From assembly GCA_944331715.1 (NCBI GenBank), contig CALVIP010000001.1, positions 11,067 through 75,066 of the forward strand: a stretch of DNA of 64,000 bases, given 5' to 3'. This DNA comes from an uncultured Bacilli bacterium. Its GTDB lineage: Bacteria; Bacillota_I; Bacilli_A; RF39; UBA660. The position numbers and the translations under genes are program-made. The notes below the pieces were generated by a model, which ran no database searches, was not told where the DNA came from, and saw only the letters and a list, made by a program, of their open reading frames with translations. Positions 8,980-18,985 of the stretch are shown piece after piece. How positions within the stretch are numbered: the first letter of the stretch is position 1; each line of letters begins with the position of its first letter.

Positions 8980-9966
8980 AGACTTTGGCCTTTCTTTTTC
9001 TTTATCCAAATAATTAGTATATTCATCTACTATATTTATTTCGCATTTTGATTCTAATAATGCTATATCAACATCATCTAAATTACCATATTCCTCTTCT
9101 ATCATAGAAAACATTTCATCTTTAACTAAGTTCTTCCTATCTATATCTACTTGCCAATTATTTACTTCCTCTACTCTAATAAGAGAATAAGCAAGTTGTA
9201 TAAGTTTTATCTCACTTTTAAATATCTCATATCTAGAACTATTTCTCATATCAGATTCTAGTTTATCTAATACTTTAAATATATCAGTTATATGACTATT
9301 TTCTCTATAATTTGTAGATGATACTCCTCTATTTATATCTCTTCTATAAAAATAATTAATACTTGAAACAGTTACAACTTTAGATGCTTCCATATATTTA
9401 GTATAACTAAAAGGAATATCTTCAAATAAAGAATCTTCTACAAAATAAAAGTCTTTTAAAGTATCTCTTCTAAAAATCTTATTACAAACAGCGGGACTTT
9501 CAAAAATAACAGCATTCTTATCAAGCATAGGATTAATTATTTTCTCTTTACCTCTTGCTAAAAACCCCAAATCTCTATTTGCATAACCATCATCTTTTAC
9601 AAACAATATCTCAGTAGTAACAACTTCTGGATAGTTATTGTTAAGTACAGACTTATACATATCTTCATACATTGTATTTCTAATATAATCATCACTATCT
9701 ACAAAACCTATATATTCTCCAGTTGCAAGACTTAATCATCTATTTCTAGATGCACCTTGTCCTATATTCTTTTCATTATGATAAACTTTTATATTAGGAT
9801 ACTTCTTAGCATAATCTAACAAAATATTTAAACTATTATCAGTAGAGCTATCATCTATTAAAATTATTTCTATATCATCAAGAGTTTGATTAATAAGACT
9901 ATCAAGAAAAGTAGAAACATATTCTTCTTCATTATAAACAAGAACTATTATACTTATTTTAGGCAA
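8974..9966 (-). pseudogene. family-2 glycosyltransferase interrupted by a single in-frame TGA
   Basis: ORFs 9736..9966 (ISIIVLVYNEEEYV...IDDSSTDNS...GQGASRNR) and 8974..9672 are in the same frame. Between them I read RNR-TGA-LSLATGEYIGFVDSDDYI. The TGA (9736-9738) sits where GT2 enzymes have Gly (ARNxGlxxAxGeYixFxDsDD). Confidence 0.75.
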
Positions 9967-10069
9967 AGTTATCCCTGCTTTACAGTTATTGATATATAAT
10001 ACATCTAAAAATAAATTATATAAAGTAATTTATCTAAAACTATGCTATGATTATACTAGGTGAAGGTTT

Positions 10070-12481
10070 ATGATACGGTTTGTTAATGTTAGTAAAGAAT
10101 ATCGGAGTAAAAAAGGACAAATTACTAAAGCTTTAAATGATATTAATATTAATTTAGGTAATAAAGGATTAGTATTTATTATTGGTAAAAGTGGTAGTGG
10201 TAAGAGTACTCTATTAAATATTTTAGGAGGACTAGATAGTAAAACTAGTGGTCATATTTATATTGATAATAAAGATATAGATAGTTTTAGAGAGAAAGAT
10301 TATGATAGTTATAGAAATACTTATATTGGTTTTATCTTTCAAGACTTTAATTTATTAGAAGAATATAATGTCTTTGATAATGTTATGTTATCTGCAAAAT
10401 TATTAAGAAAAAAAGTAGATAAAGAAGAAATACTTAATCTTTTAGAGCGTCTTGGTCTTAAAGGATTAGAATATAGAAATATTAATGAGTTATCAGGTGG
10501 TCAAAAACAAAGAGTTGGTATTGCAAGAGCCCTAATTAAAAATCCTAAAGTAATACTTGCAGATGAACCTACTGGTAATTTGGATAGTCATTCTAGTTTA
10601 GAAACTTTTAAGTTATTAAAAGAAATTAGTAAAGAAAAATTAGTTGTTGTTGTATCTCATGACTTAGAGAATGCTAATACCTATGCTGATAAAATATTAG
10701 AACTACAAGATGGTAATGCTATTAGAAATAATTTAACTACTGAAGAAAAAGATGATAATACTTTCTCTTTAAATAAATCAAGACTCCCTTTTAAAGAGTG
10801 TTTACACTTTGCTTTAACTTCCCTAAAAAGTAACAAAATCAAATTATTCTTTACCATTATCTTAACAATGATATCTTTAGTCTTTATGGGAATATCTGTT
10901 AATACAAGTATGTTTGATAAGAATATTCTTACAACAGATACATTAATAGAAAACAACGAAACTTATTACGATATTAGTTATGTCAATATTATTAACCCAA
11001 GTTTTGAGGAAGTAAGAGAACTTCCTATGACTGATAAAATAATTAGCGATTTTGAAAAAGAAAATAATGTAACTGCAAACCCTATGTATTATATTTATGA
11101 TAACAACAGTATTTTATCTTTTGAACCTATTAATGATAAAGATACTATTATTCCTATTACTACCTATGTAGAGATTAAAGATGATAAACTACTATCTAAC
11201 ATTATAGGTACTATCCCCAAAACTAATAATGAAATAGTTATTCATAAATATCTTGCTGACAATATCATGGAAAAAGGAATTAAAGATATAAATGGTAATC
11301 TCTTTAAACCTACTTCTTATGATAATTTAGTTAATAGTAGAAGAGAACTTCCTTTTGGATTAAATAATGTTATTATTGTAGGAATAATTGATGATGATAA
11401 CAGTCGTTATAGTGATTTAAATAATCAAACAATACAACAAGACTACACTAATTATTATGCTGACAAAGCTTATACTATTTATGGTAAAAACTTAGATTTA
11501 AAGTTTAATACTACAGATGAAGCGATTTTAAACCATGCTATTTTAAATGAAGATGAAGTCTTAAAAGACGGAATTACTGGTATAAAAGTATATAACAATA
11601 ATGGAGATGTTATAACACCAATTACTAATTTAAACAGTGATGAAGTCATTGTATCTCTTAGCTACTTACAAGAATATGTTGATGGTTTTAAAGAAGAGTT
11701 AGATATTTATTTAGCAAATAATAGTGGTGATTATAATGCACTTTTAAGTACTTTTGTAACTAATTATATTACTACTAATAATTTAACTGTTCCATTTGAG
11801 ACTCATTATAATACCAAAGGTTATTATAAAGATTTAAAAATAACAGGTGTTAGTCTAACAGATAATTATATTAGTAAAGATTATTTAGAAGAAATAAAGA
11901 GTGAAGCAGTTCATAAAGAATTAACTTCCTTTAGAGTATATGATGACAATGAAACATCTCTTTTAAAGACATTTAGAAAATATCCTAGTGATAATGAAAA
12001 CACTAGAGGTGAAACTTTATTTATAACCATGCCCTACTCTGATGATATAAATCAACTCGCTTATATCTACAGTTTTCTAAATAAATATATAAATATTGTT
12101 ACTTTAGTATTTATTCTATTTACAATATTACTATTCTCTAACTTTATCTATGTATCTATAAATTATTCTAAAAAACAAATAGGTATACTAAGAGCTTTAG
12201 GTACCAATAAAGGTGATATTATTAGAATATTCTTATATGAAAGTTTAACTGTAGGTATTATCTCTTATATAGTTTCTATTATTCTTTGGTTCATTATTAT
12301 TAATATCTTAAATAATTCTATCTTCGGTAATAGAGGCTTTATCTTTAATGGTATAGTTACTCATCCATTAGTACCAGTTATTATGTTTATCTATACTATT
12401 ATCATCTCTATAATTATTACCATTATATCTTTAAGTAAAATTACTAAGATTAAACCTATAGATGCTATACTTAATAAGTAA
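10070..12481 (+). CDS. ABC transporter, ATP-binding domain fused to FtsX/MacB-type permease
   Basis: 803 aa. N-terminal NBD (GKSGSGKST, LSGGQKQR, ILADEPTGNLD). Then TM, a large extracytoplasmic domain, and three C-terminal TM helices. Confidence 0.85.
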   Translation: MIRFVNVSKEYRSKKGQITKALNDININLGNKGLVFIIGKSGSGKSTLLNILGGLDSKTSGHIYIDNKDIDSFREKDYDSYRNTYIGFIFQDFNLLEEYNVFDNVMLSAKLLRKKVDKEEILNLLERLGLKGLEYRNINELSGGQKQRVGIARALIKNPKVILADEPTGNLDSHSSLETFKLLKEISKEKLVVVVSHDLENANTYADKILELQDGNAIRNNLTTEEKDDNTFSLNKSRLPFKECLHFALTSLKSNKIKLFFTIILTMISLVFMGISVNTSMFDKNILTTDTLIENNETYYDISYVNIINPSFEEVRELPMTDKIISDFEKENNVTANPMYYIYDNNSILSFEPINDKDTIIPITTYVEIKDDKLLSNIIGTIPKTNNEIVIHKYLADNIMEKGIKDINGNLFKPTSYDNLVNSRRELPFGLNNVIIVGIIDDDNSRYSDLNNQTIQQDYTNYYADKAYTIYGKNLDLKFNTTDEAILNHAILNEDEVLKDGITGIKVYNNNGDVITPITNLNSDEVIVSLSYLQEYVDGFKEELDIYLANNSGDYNALLSTFVTNYITTNNLTVPFETHYNTKGYYKDLKITGVSLTDNYISKDYLEEIKSEAVHKELTSFRVYDDNETSLLKTFRKYPSDNENTRGETLFITMPYSDDINQLAYIYSFLNKYINIVTLVFILFTILLFSNFIYVSINYSKKQIGILRALGTNKGDIIRIFLYESLTVGIISYIVSIILWFIIINILNNSIFGNRGFIFNGIVTHPLVPVIMFIYTIIISIIITIISLSKITKIKPIDAILNK

Positions 12482-12509
12482 AAGGACTCTATAAAAATAG
12501 AATCCTTTT
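12481..12509. terminator. bidirectional hairpin between convergent genes
   Basis: AAAGGAcTCTAT-aaaa-ATAGAaTCCTTT, 11 bp with one mismatch, with A/T runs on both sides. Confidence 0.6.
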
Positions 12510-12512
12510 CAT

Positions 12513-12770
12513 TTATGCAAGCTCTTTAATGTAATTTTTTATCTCTCTATCAGTTAAAACATTACCAGTAGAGACAACTTTATCTTCTATCATAAGAGCA
12601 GGAATGACATTTATGTTATACTTCTTTTTATAAGTAGAATCTATTTTCTCAATATTAAATTCCATATCAAGTTCACGTTCTACTTTAGATAAGTTTTTTA
12701 ATATTTTCATACCATTACTACAATTAGCGCCTATAACTTTTATATTTACGATATAATCTCCTCCTTTCAT
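12513..12770 (-). CDS. thioredoxin-fold small protein (Thioredoxin_3-like), monothiol CSNG site; start codon uncertain
   Basis: 85-aa ORF ...NIKVIGANCSNGMKILKNL...VIPALMIEDKVV. The only strong SD (AAAGGAGGAG, 12767-12758) lies inside the ORF, 7 nt before an in-frame ATC. Confidence 0.6.
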   Translation of the reverse strand: MKGGDYIVNIKVIGANCSNGMKILKNLSKVERELDMEFNIEKIDSTYKKKYNINVIPALMIEDKVVSTGNVLTDREIKNYIKELA

Positions 12771-12812
12771 AATTTAAGTATAAAGGAAGATTATGGGAAA
12801 ACTATGGGCTAA

Positions 12813-13100
12813 TTATGAAACATTAACTAAATCAATAATTAAGTCAGAGTATTCTTTATGATTATTAATCCATTTAATAGCATAAGAACAACTACATTTT
12901 ACTTTGATGTTATTTTCTTTAAAATAATTAAAAGCATGAGTTAAAAGAAGATTTGCAATACCTTTTCCTCTTAAGCTTATATCAACATAAGTATGATTAA
13001 TATCTACAACATTAGAAGATATATAAGGATAATCTACTTCTCCTAAAATATTACCTTTATCATCTAAATATATAGTTCTATTCTCTTCTACTTTAAACAT
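12813..13100 (-). CDS. GNAT-family N-acetyltransferase (small, single domain)
   Basis: 95 aa. Motif SLRGKGIANLLL (acetyl-CoA binding R/QxxGxG/A). Confidence 0.7.
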   Translation of the reverse strand: MFKVEENRTIYLDDKGNILGEVDYPYISSNVVDINHTYVDISLRGKGIANLLLTHAFNYFKENNIKVKCSCSYAIKWINNHKEYSDLIIDLVNVS

Positions 13101-13193
13101 TTTATCACCTAAATTAATTATATAGTATAACTTTACTATTTACTAGCATTTTAACATAATGTTATAATAAAACAAAAAGAAAGGAAGATGTTT

Positions 13194-13451
13194 ATGAAAT
13201 GTCCAGTTTGTAAAGATGTTACTCTACTAATGAGTGAAAGATGCGGTGTAGAAATAGATTATTGTCCAGAATGCCGTGGTATCTGGTTAGACCGTGGAGA
13301 ACTTGAAAAAATTATGGAAAAAGAAGATGCTTATATAAAAAAGGAAGTTAAAGAAAGTTCTCACAAAGAATCAAAACATTATGAAGAAAAACCTAGAAAA
13401 CAAAAAAGAGAATCATTTATGAGTGAAATCTTTGAAATGTTTGGAGACTAA
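13194..13451 (+). CDS. TFIIB-type zinc-ribbon protein
   Basis: MKCPVCKD...YCPECRGIWLDRGELEKI, two CxxC pairs. SD AAAGGAAG is positioned for the ATG at 13194 (ORF track start 13188). Confidence 0.7.
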   Translation: MKCPVCKDVTLLMSERCGVEIDYCPECRGIWLDRGELEKIMEKEDAYIKKEVKESSHKESKHYEEKPRKQKRESFMSEIFEMFGD

Positions 13452-13486
13452 AAAATAGTAGTTAAAAACACTACTATTTTTTATTT
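13451..13486. terminator. bidirectional rho-independent terminator
   Basis: AAAAATAGTAG-ttaaaaaca-CTACTATTTTT followed by a T run, between convergent genes. Confidence 0.65.
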
Positions 13487-14247
13487 TATAACCCTATTTT
13501 TTTACTCTCATCTTCCTGTAATATTTCACTTAATACCCATTCATTATTATCATTTTTTACAAATTTCCAAAACTCTACAAAAGATTTATTTTTAGTATCT
13601 CCACTGACTATACTCTTTGTCTTAGTATCAACAATATAATCTACCATTTTTCCTTTTATATAAAACCAAATCAAATCTTTATTATCATCTTTATCATCAT
13701 AAACAGATACTGGTTTTAGATTAACTAATCTTATTTTTTTTAAGATATTTCTTCTATTATTAATATCCATCCACTCAAGTTTAGACTTAAAGTTCTCATA
13801 TAAATCTTTATCCATATATTCTTTCGCTTTACTAATATCGTTATTAGTCCAAGCTTCTTCTACAATATAAAATGTTTCTATTACTCTTTTTTCAATAGTT
13901 TTATACTTCCAAGTAATATCTTTATTATCTAATAGTCTTAAATATCTTTTACTATTAAAAGATGCTCTTAGTACTTTAAAATATAATATTATAGTGGATG
14001 CAAATATTATAAGCATAAATACTATAGCAGAAATAATATTAGAAATAGGACTACTATAACCTCTTCTCCCATAATGTCTACTACTACTAGAACCACCAGA
14101 GCTTGAATGAGATCCACTACTTCCTCCACCTGCTCTTAAAATAGTTATAGGACTCTTATAAGTTGTTTCTTTACCATTTACTACAATAACATTACAAGAA
14201 ATAACTACTAATAAAAGTAAAAAAGATAGTAATAAAATATTTTTCAT
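13486..14247 (-). CDS. Tim44-like domain membrane protein with a Gly/Ser-rich linker
   Basis: 253 aa. N-terminal signal/TM, GGGSSGSHSSSGGSSSS low-complexity run, second TM, then a C-terminal domain resembling bacterial Tim44-like proteins. Confidence 0.6.
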   Translation of the reverse strand: MKNILLLSFLLLLVVISCNVIVVNGKETTYKSPITILRAGGGSSGSHSSSGGSSSSRHYGRRGYSSPISNIISAIVFMLIIFASTIILYFKVLRASFNSKRYLRLLDNKDITWKYKTIEKRVIETFYIVEEAWTNNDISKAKEYMDKDLYENFKSKLEWMDINNRRNILKKIRLVNLKPVSVYDDKDDNKDLIWFYIKGKMVDYIVDTKTKSIVSGDTKNKSFVEFWKFVKNDNNEWVLSEILQEDESKKIGL

Positions 14248-14251
14248 AAAC

Positions 14252-14728
14252 TTAACCTTCTTCTATTATTTTACATACATCTATCCATTCTTTATAATTA
14301 GATGTTTCTTCTAACTCTTTAATAGTAAGTTTTACAGCACTATTACTACTACCACAAGCAGGATAAACTGTATCAAAGTCCTTTAGAGATATATCTAAAT
14401 AAACATCAACACCATCATTTATACCAAAAGGACAAACTCCTCCTACTTTATGACCAATAAGAGGTTCTACCTCATCAGCTTTAAGCATTTTAGCTTTCTC
14501 ATTGAATTTACTTTTATATTTAGCATTATCTATCTTTCTATTACCTGCTGTTACTATTAATATAGGTTTATTATTTACTAAAAATGATAGTGTTTTGGCA
14601 ATTTCTGCTTCCTTGCAGTTTAGAGCAAGTGATGCTTCCTTCACTGTTGCAGATGATGTATCAAATTCTTTTATTTTATTATCTAATCCATATTTTCCTA
14701 AATGTTCTTTCGCATTTTTTAATGACAT
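14252..14728 (-). CDS. ybaK: YbaK/EbsC-type aminoacyl-tRNA editing (Cys-tRNA(Pro) deacylase-like) protein
   Basis: SD AAGGAGTGG precedes the ATG at 14728 (MSLKNAKEHL...). Contains KTLSFLV...HKVGGVCPFG, typical of YbaK. Confidence 0.75.
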   Translation of the reverse strand: MSLKNAKEHLGKYGLDNKIKEFDTSSATVKEASLALNCKEAEIAKTLSFLVNNKPILIVTAGNRKIDNAKYKSKFNEKAKMLKADEVEPLIGHKVGGVCPFGINDGVDVYLDISLKDFDTVYPACGSSNSAVKLTIKELEETSNYKEWIDVCKIIEEG

Positions 14729-14740
14729 AACTTCCACTCC

Positions 14741-15238
14741 TTATCTATTTTCTAACTCATTTAATTTGTCTTTATCTAAATAAATAACTTTTTCTTTAAA
14801 TTTATTTATATAATCTAGCTTTTTCTTTTCTTTCTTATAATAACTATTAACAACTTTAAACATATCTATTAACTGTAATAATGTTGGTGGATAATTATTC
14901 TCTTCCTTACCTTGTCTTTGATTAATCCACCTTCTCATAACTCTTTTATAAACTTCACTTTTCTTTATACTTATATAATATATATTATCACATTTTTCTA
15001 ATCCTTCAATAAATTTACTTCTACCTACATCTTCTATTATAAAAGAATCTTTAGATAAAATATCATTAAACATTTTCTTAATAGTTTTATCATCTCTTCT
15101 AATATGATTATTAAGATCATCAAAAACTAATTTATCAAGTTCATATCTTTTTATATTATACTTTTTACTTAATACCTTACTTAAAGTTGTTTTACCTGAT
15201 GCCGGTGGTCCTATAATATATATCTTCAATATAATCAC
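14741..15238 (-). CDS. P-loop NTPase, adenylate-kinase/topology-modulation-like
   Basis: 165 aa. Walker A GPPASGKTT near the N-terminus. GTG start in the ORF track. Confidence 0.6.
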   Translation of the reverse strand: MIILKIYIIGPPASGKTTLSKVLSKKYNIKRYELDKLVFDDLNNHIRRDDKTIKKMFNDILSKDSFIIEDVGRSKFIEGLEKCDNIYYISIKKSEVYKRVMRRWINQRQGKEENNYPPTLLQLIDMFKVVNSYYKKEKKKLDYINKFKEKVIYLDKDKLNELENR

Positions 15239-15286
15239 TTTCTTTCAATTAGAATTATATCAAGAAAAATAGAACTCTTAAAAGCC

Positions 15287-16519
15287 CTATTTTAAATCTT
15301 CTTTATTATAAATAAAATCTACTATATTAACATTTTTAATACCTTCTACATTTCTTTGTAATACTAAGTCTGATACAAATAGATATCTAGGGTACATTTC
15401 CTTTATTTTATAAAATGGTTTATATTCTCTTTCAGCAGTTTTCTCATCATCTATATTTTTAGTAACTTGAATATAAAAATACTCATATACACCACGTCTT
15501 GCAATAAAATCACATTCTAAATTTCCTATTCTACCTACACTTAAACTATAACCTTTGGTTTTCAGATATGAAAATAGTACATTTTCTAAAACAGGTCCAT
15601 AATTAATTCTATTATCAGTATTTAAGGCATAATATATACTTAAATCTGCTAAATAATACTTCTTTTCTCCTTCTAATACTTTTTTTGATTTCATATCAAA
15701 TAAATCACATGAATATATAATCTTAGCATTTTCTAAAATTTCTATATATGTTTTAATAGTTCTCCTATCAACATTTATTTTTTGTCCTACTAAATAATCA
15801 TATATACTACCTACACTAATAACAGAACCAAAATTATTTACAACAAAGTTTTGTATTACTTCAAATAAATCTTTATCTTTTATTTTTTTATGACTTTTAA
15901 TATCTTTATCAAAAATTTGCCCTATAACATTTCTAGTATATAATAATTTATCTTCATATTTTTCATAATATAATGAACCTGGAAAACCGCCATTTCTTAT
16001 AAATTCTTCAAATTCTAAATAAATATTAGAATTAATGCTTTTATTAAGAAACTTTTTCATATCAACATATTCATAAAAATTAAGTGGTAACATTTCTATC
16101 TCAATATATCTTCCAGTTAATTTAGTTACAAGTTCACCACTAAGTAAATATGAGTTTGATCCCGTTAAAAATATTGAAAAATTACCTTCTTCTCTGTAAG
16201 CATTAACAACAGATTCAAAATCACTAACATTTTCTACTTCATCGATAAAGAGATATTTAAAATCATTATCTTTTATTAAATCATCAATGATTTTTTCAAG
16301 TTCAGTAGGAGTTTTAACATCTTTATATTCTTTTCTATCTAATTCAATATAAATAATATCTTTATCTTTTACACCTTTATCTTTTAATTCCTCTATAACT
16401 GTTTTTAACAAATAAGATTTACCACATCTTCTAATACCTGTAATTACTTTAATCATTGTATCATCATAAAAGCCTCTAATCTTATTTAAATAATCTTCTC
16501 TTTTATATAATTTTTCCAT
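15287..16519 (-). CDS. ATP-binding protein (AAA_14 + DUF4143 architecture)
   Basis: 410 aa. Walker A GIRRCGKSYLL, Walker B LFIDEV. The overall pattern is that of this widespread family. Confidence 0.7.
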   Translation of the reverse strand: MEKLYKREDYLNKIRGFYDDTMIKVITGIRRCGKSYLLKTVIEELKDKGVKDKDIIYIELDRKEYKDVKTPTELEKIIDDLIKDNDFKYLFIDEVENVSDFESVVNAYREEGNFSIFLTGSNSYLLSGELVTKLTGRYIEIEMLPLNFYEYVDMKKFLNKSINSNIYLEFEEFIRNGGFPGSLYYEKYEDKLLYTRNVIGQIFDKDIKSHKKIKDKDLFEVIQNFVVNNFGSVISVGSIYDYLVGQKINVDRRTIKTYIEILENAKIIYSCDLFDMKSKKVLEGEKKYYLADLSIYYALNTDNRINYGPVLENVLFSYLKTKGYSLSVGRIGNLECDFIARRGVYEYFYIQVTKNIDDEKTAEREYKPFYKIKEMYPRYLFVSDLVLQRNVEGIKNVNIVDFIYNKEDLK

Positions 16520-16567
16520 TGTTCTTCACCTATATTAATTATATACTACATGGTGTAAATAGTCAAG

Positions 16568-16614
16568 GTTATCGACCATTTTTGGCATATTACTATTCAA
16601 AATTGGTCGATAAC
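16568..16614. promoter_or_regulatory. 17-bp imperfect inverted repeat abutting the promoter of ORF 15287..16519
   Basis: GTTATCGACCAtTTTTG (16568-16584) and CAAAAtTGGTCGATAAC (16598-16614). Minus-strand TTGACT-17-TATAAT lies immediately downstream. No U-tract, so it is an operator or a non-canonical terminator. Confidence 0.4.
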
Positions 16615-16618
16615 TGGT

Positions 16619-17758
16619 CTAAAATAATGCTTTTTCACTCTTATATTGTTTAATTATTACTATTAAAACTAAAGTAATAATGACAATTGTTGATAGACTC
16701 ATTAATAAAATATTAACAATATCTATATTACCAACAACTATATCTTGGAATAACAGTGTAAAGTTTAAGAAAGGCACTAATGATAAAAGTGGTGATGAAC
16801 TAATACCAGCCATAAAAGCTATCATACCTGGAAAGAAACATATAAATGTTAATGGTGTTAAAGCACTTTGAGCTTCTTTAAAGGTTTTAGATTTACTAGC
16901 AATAGCAATACAAAGACCACTAACTAGTAATGAATAAGCAATAATTACTAATATTGAAAAGATTAAACTACTAGTAGATAACATTAAATTAGTATCTTTA
17001 TATATTTCAAAACTACCATTAGCATACACTAAAGAAATTAACATTAATATTAAACTAACAATACCTGTAATAATTGATGATAAAGAGACACTTAAGAACT
17101 TACCAACAATTATATCTTTACTTTTAATTGGAAAAGTAAGTAATGTTTCAAGTGTTCCTCTTTCTTTTTCCCCTGCTGTTGTATCAGTAGCAGGATATGT
17201 AGCAGATATAGTAATAGCCATAATTATAAAGAGAAAACCATAATTTACAATATAATTACCATAAAAGTTTTCTGTTTCTTTAATATCTTTATTAACAGTA
17301 ATAATAGAAGTAACATCAGTAGGATTTATATTATTACTAGCCAAATAATTAGTTTGTAATGCTTCTTTATAAGTAGCAAAATAAGTATCCATTAAACTTG
17401 TAGCATAAGTACTAGTCTCATTATCTTCACCATTTATAGTATAAGTACTACCATCTTTTGTAATATATAAATCTATTTCTCCATTACTATACTTATCTTC
17501 TAACTCTTCAGTACTTCCACTAATAACTTTAATATCTAAATTATCTGCAATATCTTTTTCCATCTCACTTAATTCATAATCAAAACCTATTTTATTATAA
17601 TCAGTTATAGGCTTATTAGTTTGTGCTTCAAATAAAGCAGACATACCTATTACTAAAGCAGGTATTAAAATAGGAATAATTAACATCATCATAAGAGATT
17701 TCTTATCACGAAACATCTCTCTTAATTCTTTCTTTAAAATATTACCTAAATTACTCAT
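16619..17758 (-). CDS. ABC-2 type permease (NatB-like)
   Basis: SD GGAGGTG lies 6 nt before the ATG at 17758 (MSNLGNILKKEL...). N-terminal TM, extracytoplasmic domain, then five C-terminal TMs. ATGAGTAA overlap with the upstream ATPase gene. Confidence 0.8.
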   Translation of the reverse strand: MSNLGNILKKELREMFRDKKSLMMMLIIPILIPALVIGMSALFEAQTNKPITDYNKIGFDYELSEMEKDIADNLDIKVISGSTEELEDKYSNGEIDLYITKDGSTYTINGEDNETSTYATSLMDTYFATYKEALQTNYLASNNINPTDVTSIITVNKDIKETENFYGNYIVNYGFLFIIMAITISATYPATDTTAGEKERGTLETLLTFPIKSKDIIVGKFLSVSLSSIITGIVSLILMLISLVYANGSFEIYKDTNLMLSTSSLIFSILVIIAYSLLVSGLCIAIASKSKTFKEAQSALTPLTFICFFPGMIAFMAGISSSPLLSLVPFLNFTLLFQDIVVGNIDIVNILLMSLSTIVIITLVLIVIIKQYKSEKALF

Positions 17759-18506
17759 TAGAAACACCTCCTATTAAAGTAAAGAAAGCATCTCTTAAAT
17801 TAGTCGTTTTAGTAGATTTTTTTATTTCACTAGGAGTACCTTCTTTAATTACAATACCTTTATTAATCATAATAACATTATCACAGATATTTTCAGCTTC
17901 TTCCATATAGTGAGTAGAATATAAAATTATCTTCCCACGTTTCTTTTCTTCTTTAATAAAGTCTAAAATAATTTGACTAGAAATAATATCAAGTCCACTA
18001 GTCGCTTCATCTAAAATATAATATTTAGGATCATGAACTAAACATCTTGCAATATTAACTCTTTGAGTTTGTCCTGTTGATAAGTTTTCAATTCTATTAT
18101 ATAGGAAACTATCCATATTTAACTTCTTAGATATTTCTTTTATTCTATCCTCTAATTTACTTTCTTCTACTCCATAAATATTTCCACACATTTTTAATAA
18201 CTCATATGGTGATAAAGTATTATATAGTTTAGTATTTCCTGATAGATAGGCAATGTTTTTCTTAATTTCTATCTCATTATGAAGATAATCTAATTTTCCA
18301 AAAGAAATAGTTCCACTAGTAGGTTCAAGAATTCCTGCAATCATTCTAAGTAGTGTTGTTTTCCCTGCCCCATTTGGTCCTAATATTCCGATGATTTCTC
18401 CATCTTTAGCTTTAAAACTAATACCATTATCAGCATAAAACTCTTCTTTTTTACGTTTAGCATTATACTTAACGAACTTCTTCTTTAAGTCTTTAACTTC
18501 TAACAT
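17751..18506 (-). CDS. ABC transporter ATP-binding protein (NatA-like)
   Basis: GPNGAGKTT, LSTGQTQR, YILDEATSGLD. Confidence 0.85.
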   Translation of the reverse strand: MLEVKDLKKKFVKYNAKRKKEEFYADNGISFKAKDGEIIGILGPNGAGKTTLLRMIAGILEPTSGTISFGKLDYLHNEIEIKKNIAYLSGNTKLYNTLSPYELLKMCGNIYGVEESKLEDRIKEISKKLNMDSFLYNRIENLSTGQTQRVNIARCLVHDPKYYILDEATSGLDIISSQIILDFIKEEKKRGKIILYSTHYMEEAENICDNVIMINKGIVIKEGTPSEIKKSTKTTNLRDAFFTLIGGVSNE

Positions 18507-18745
18507 AATCCACCTCTTCCAAGCAAAATTATAGCATAGGAGAAATACCTAGACAACAAAAAAGAAGAACTTTTTATTCTCCTAATCATATTTAAATATA
18601 TAAAACAAATTTTCTATTAAAAAATGTATCTTGTTCGATTGTTTTATAAATAAAAGTATGATACTATTAACTTAGGAATTACCTAGTATGGGTGTTTGCC
18701 TCTTTCTATCTCTTAATTTTAGGGGGTTAGAAAGGGGAAATGTTT

Positions 18746-18814
18746 ATGAGTAAGAAAGATACTTTAATAGTAATATTATTACTTATTATAATTCTTTTAA
18801 TTATTTATAGATAA
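18746..18814 (+). CDS. 22-aa hydrophobic peptide (type I toxin-like candidate)
   Basis: Own reading: SD AAAGGGG, 8 nt, ATG, then MSKKDTLIVILLLIIILLIIYR and a stop. The SD can pair with CCUCUUUCUA (18699-18708). A terminator follows. Confidence 0.35.
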   Translation: MSKKDTLIVILLLIIILLIIYR

Positions 18815-18818
18815 AAAG

Positions 18819-18870
18819 ACACCCTATTACATCATTGTAACTAGGGTGTTTACACAAGATTTTTTTGAGG
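18819..18870 (+). terminator. hairpin plus T-run after the small ORF
   Basis: ACACCCTA (18819-18826) pairs with TAGGGTGT (18842-18849), followed by ...GATTTTTTT. Confidence 0.5.
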
Positions 18871-18985
18871 TAAATACCCATCTACAAAACTAGGTATTTC
18901 CTCTTTTTTAGTTTATGTAAATTTCTTTTACATATTCATAGTATCATAAATATATATTATTTTCAAGTATCGGAGAATATATATT

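Noticed and set aside
9736-9738. In-frame TGA at a conserved Gly position, considered as evidence for TGA=Gly (code 25) or TGA=Trp (code 4) recoding.
   Set aside because: All other long genes, up to 1203 codons, are uninterrupted under the standard code and use TGG for Trp. This is a single nonsense mutation next to an IS wreck.
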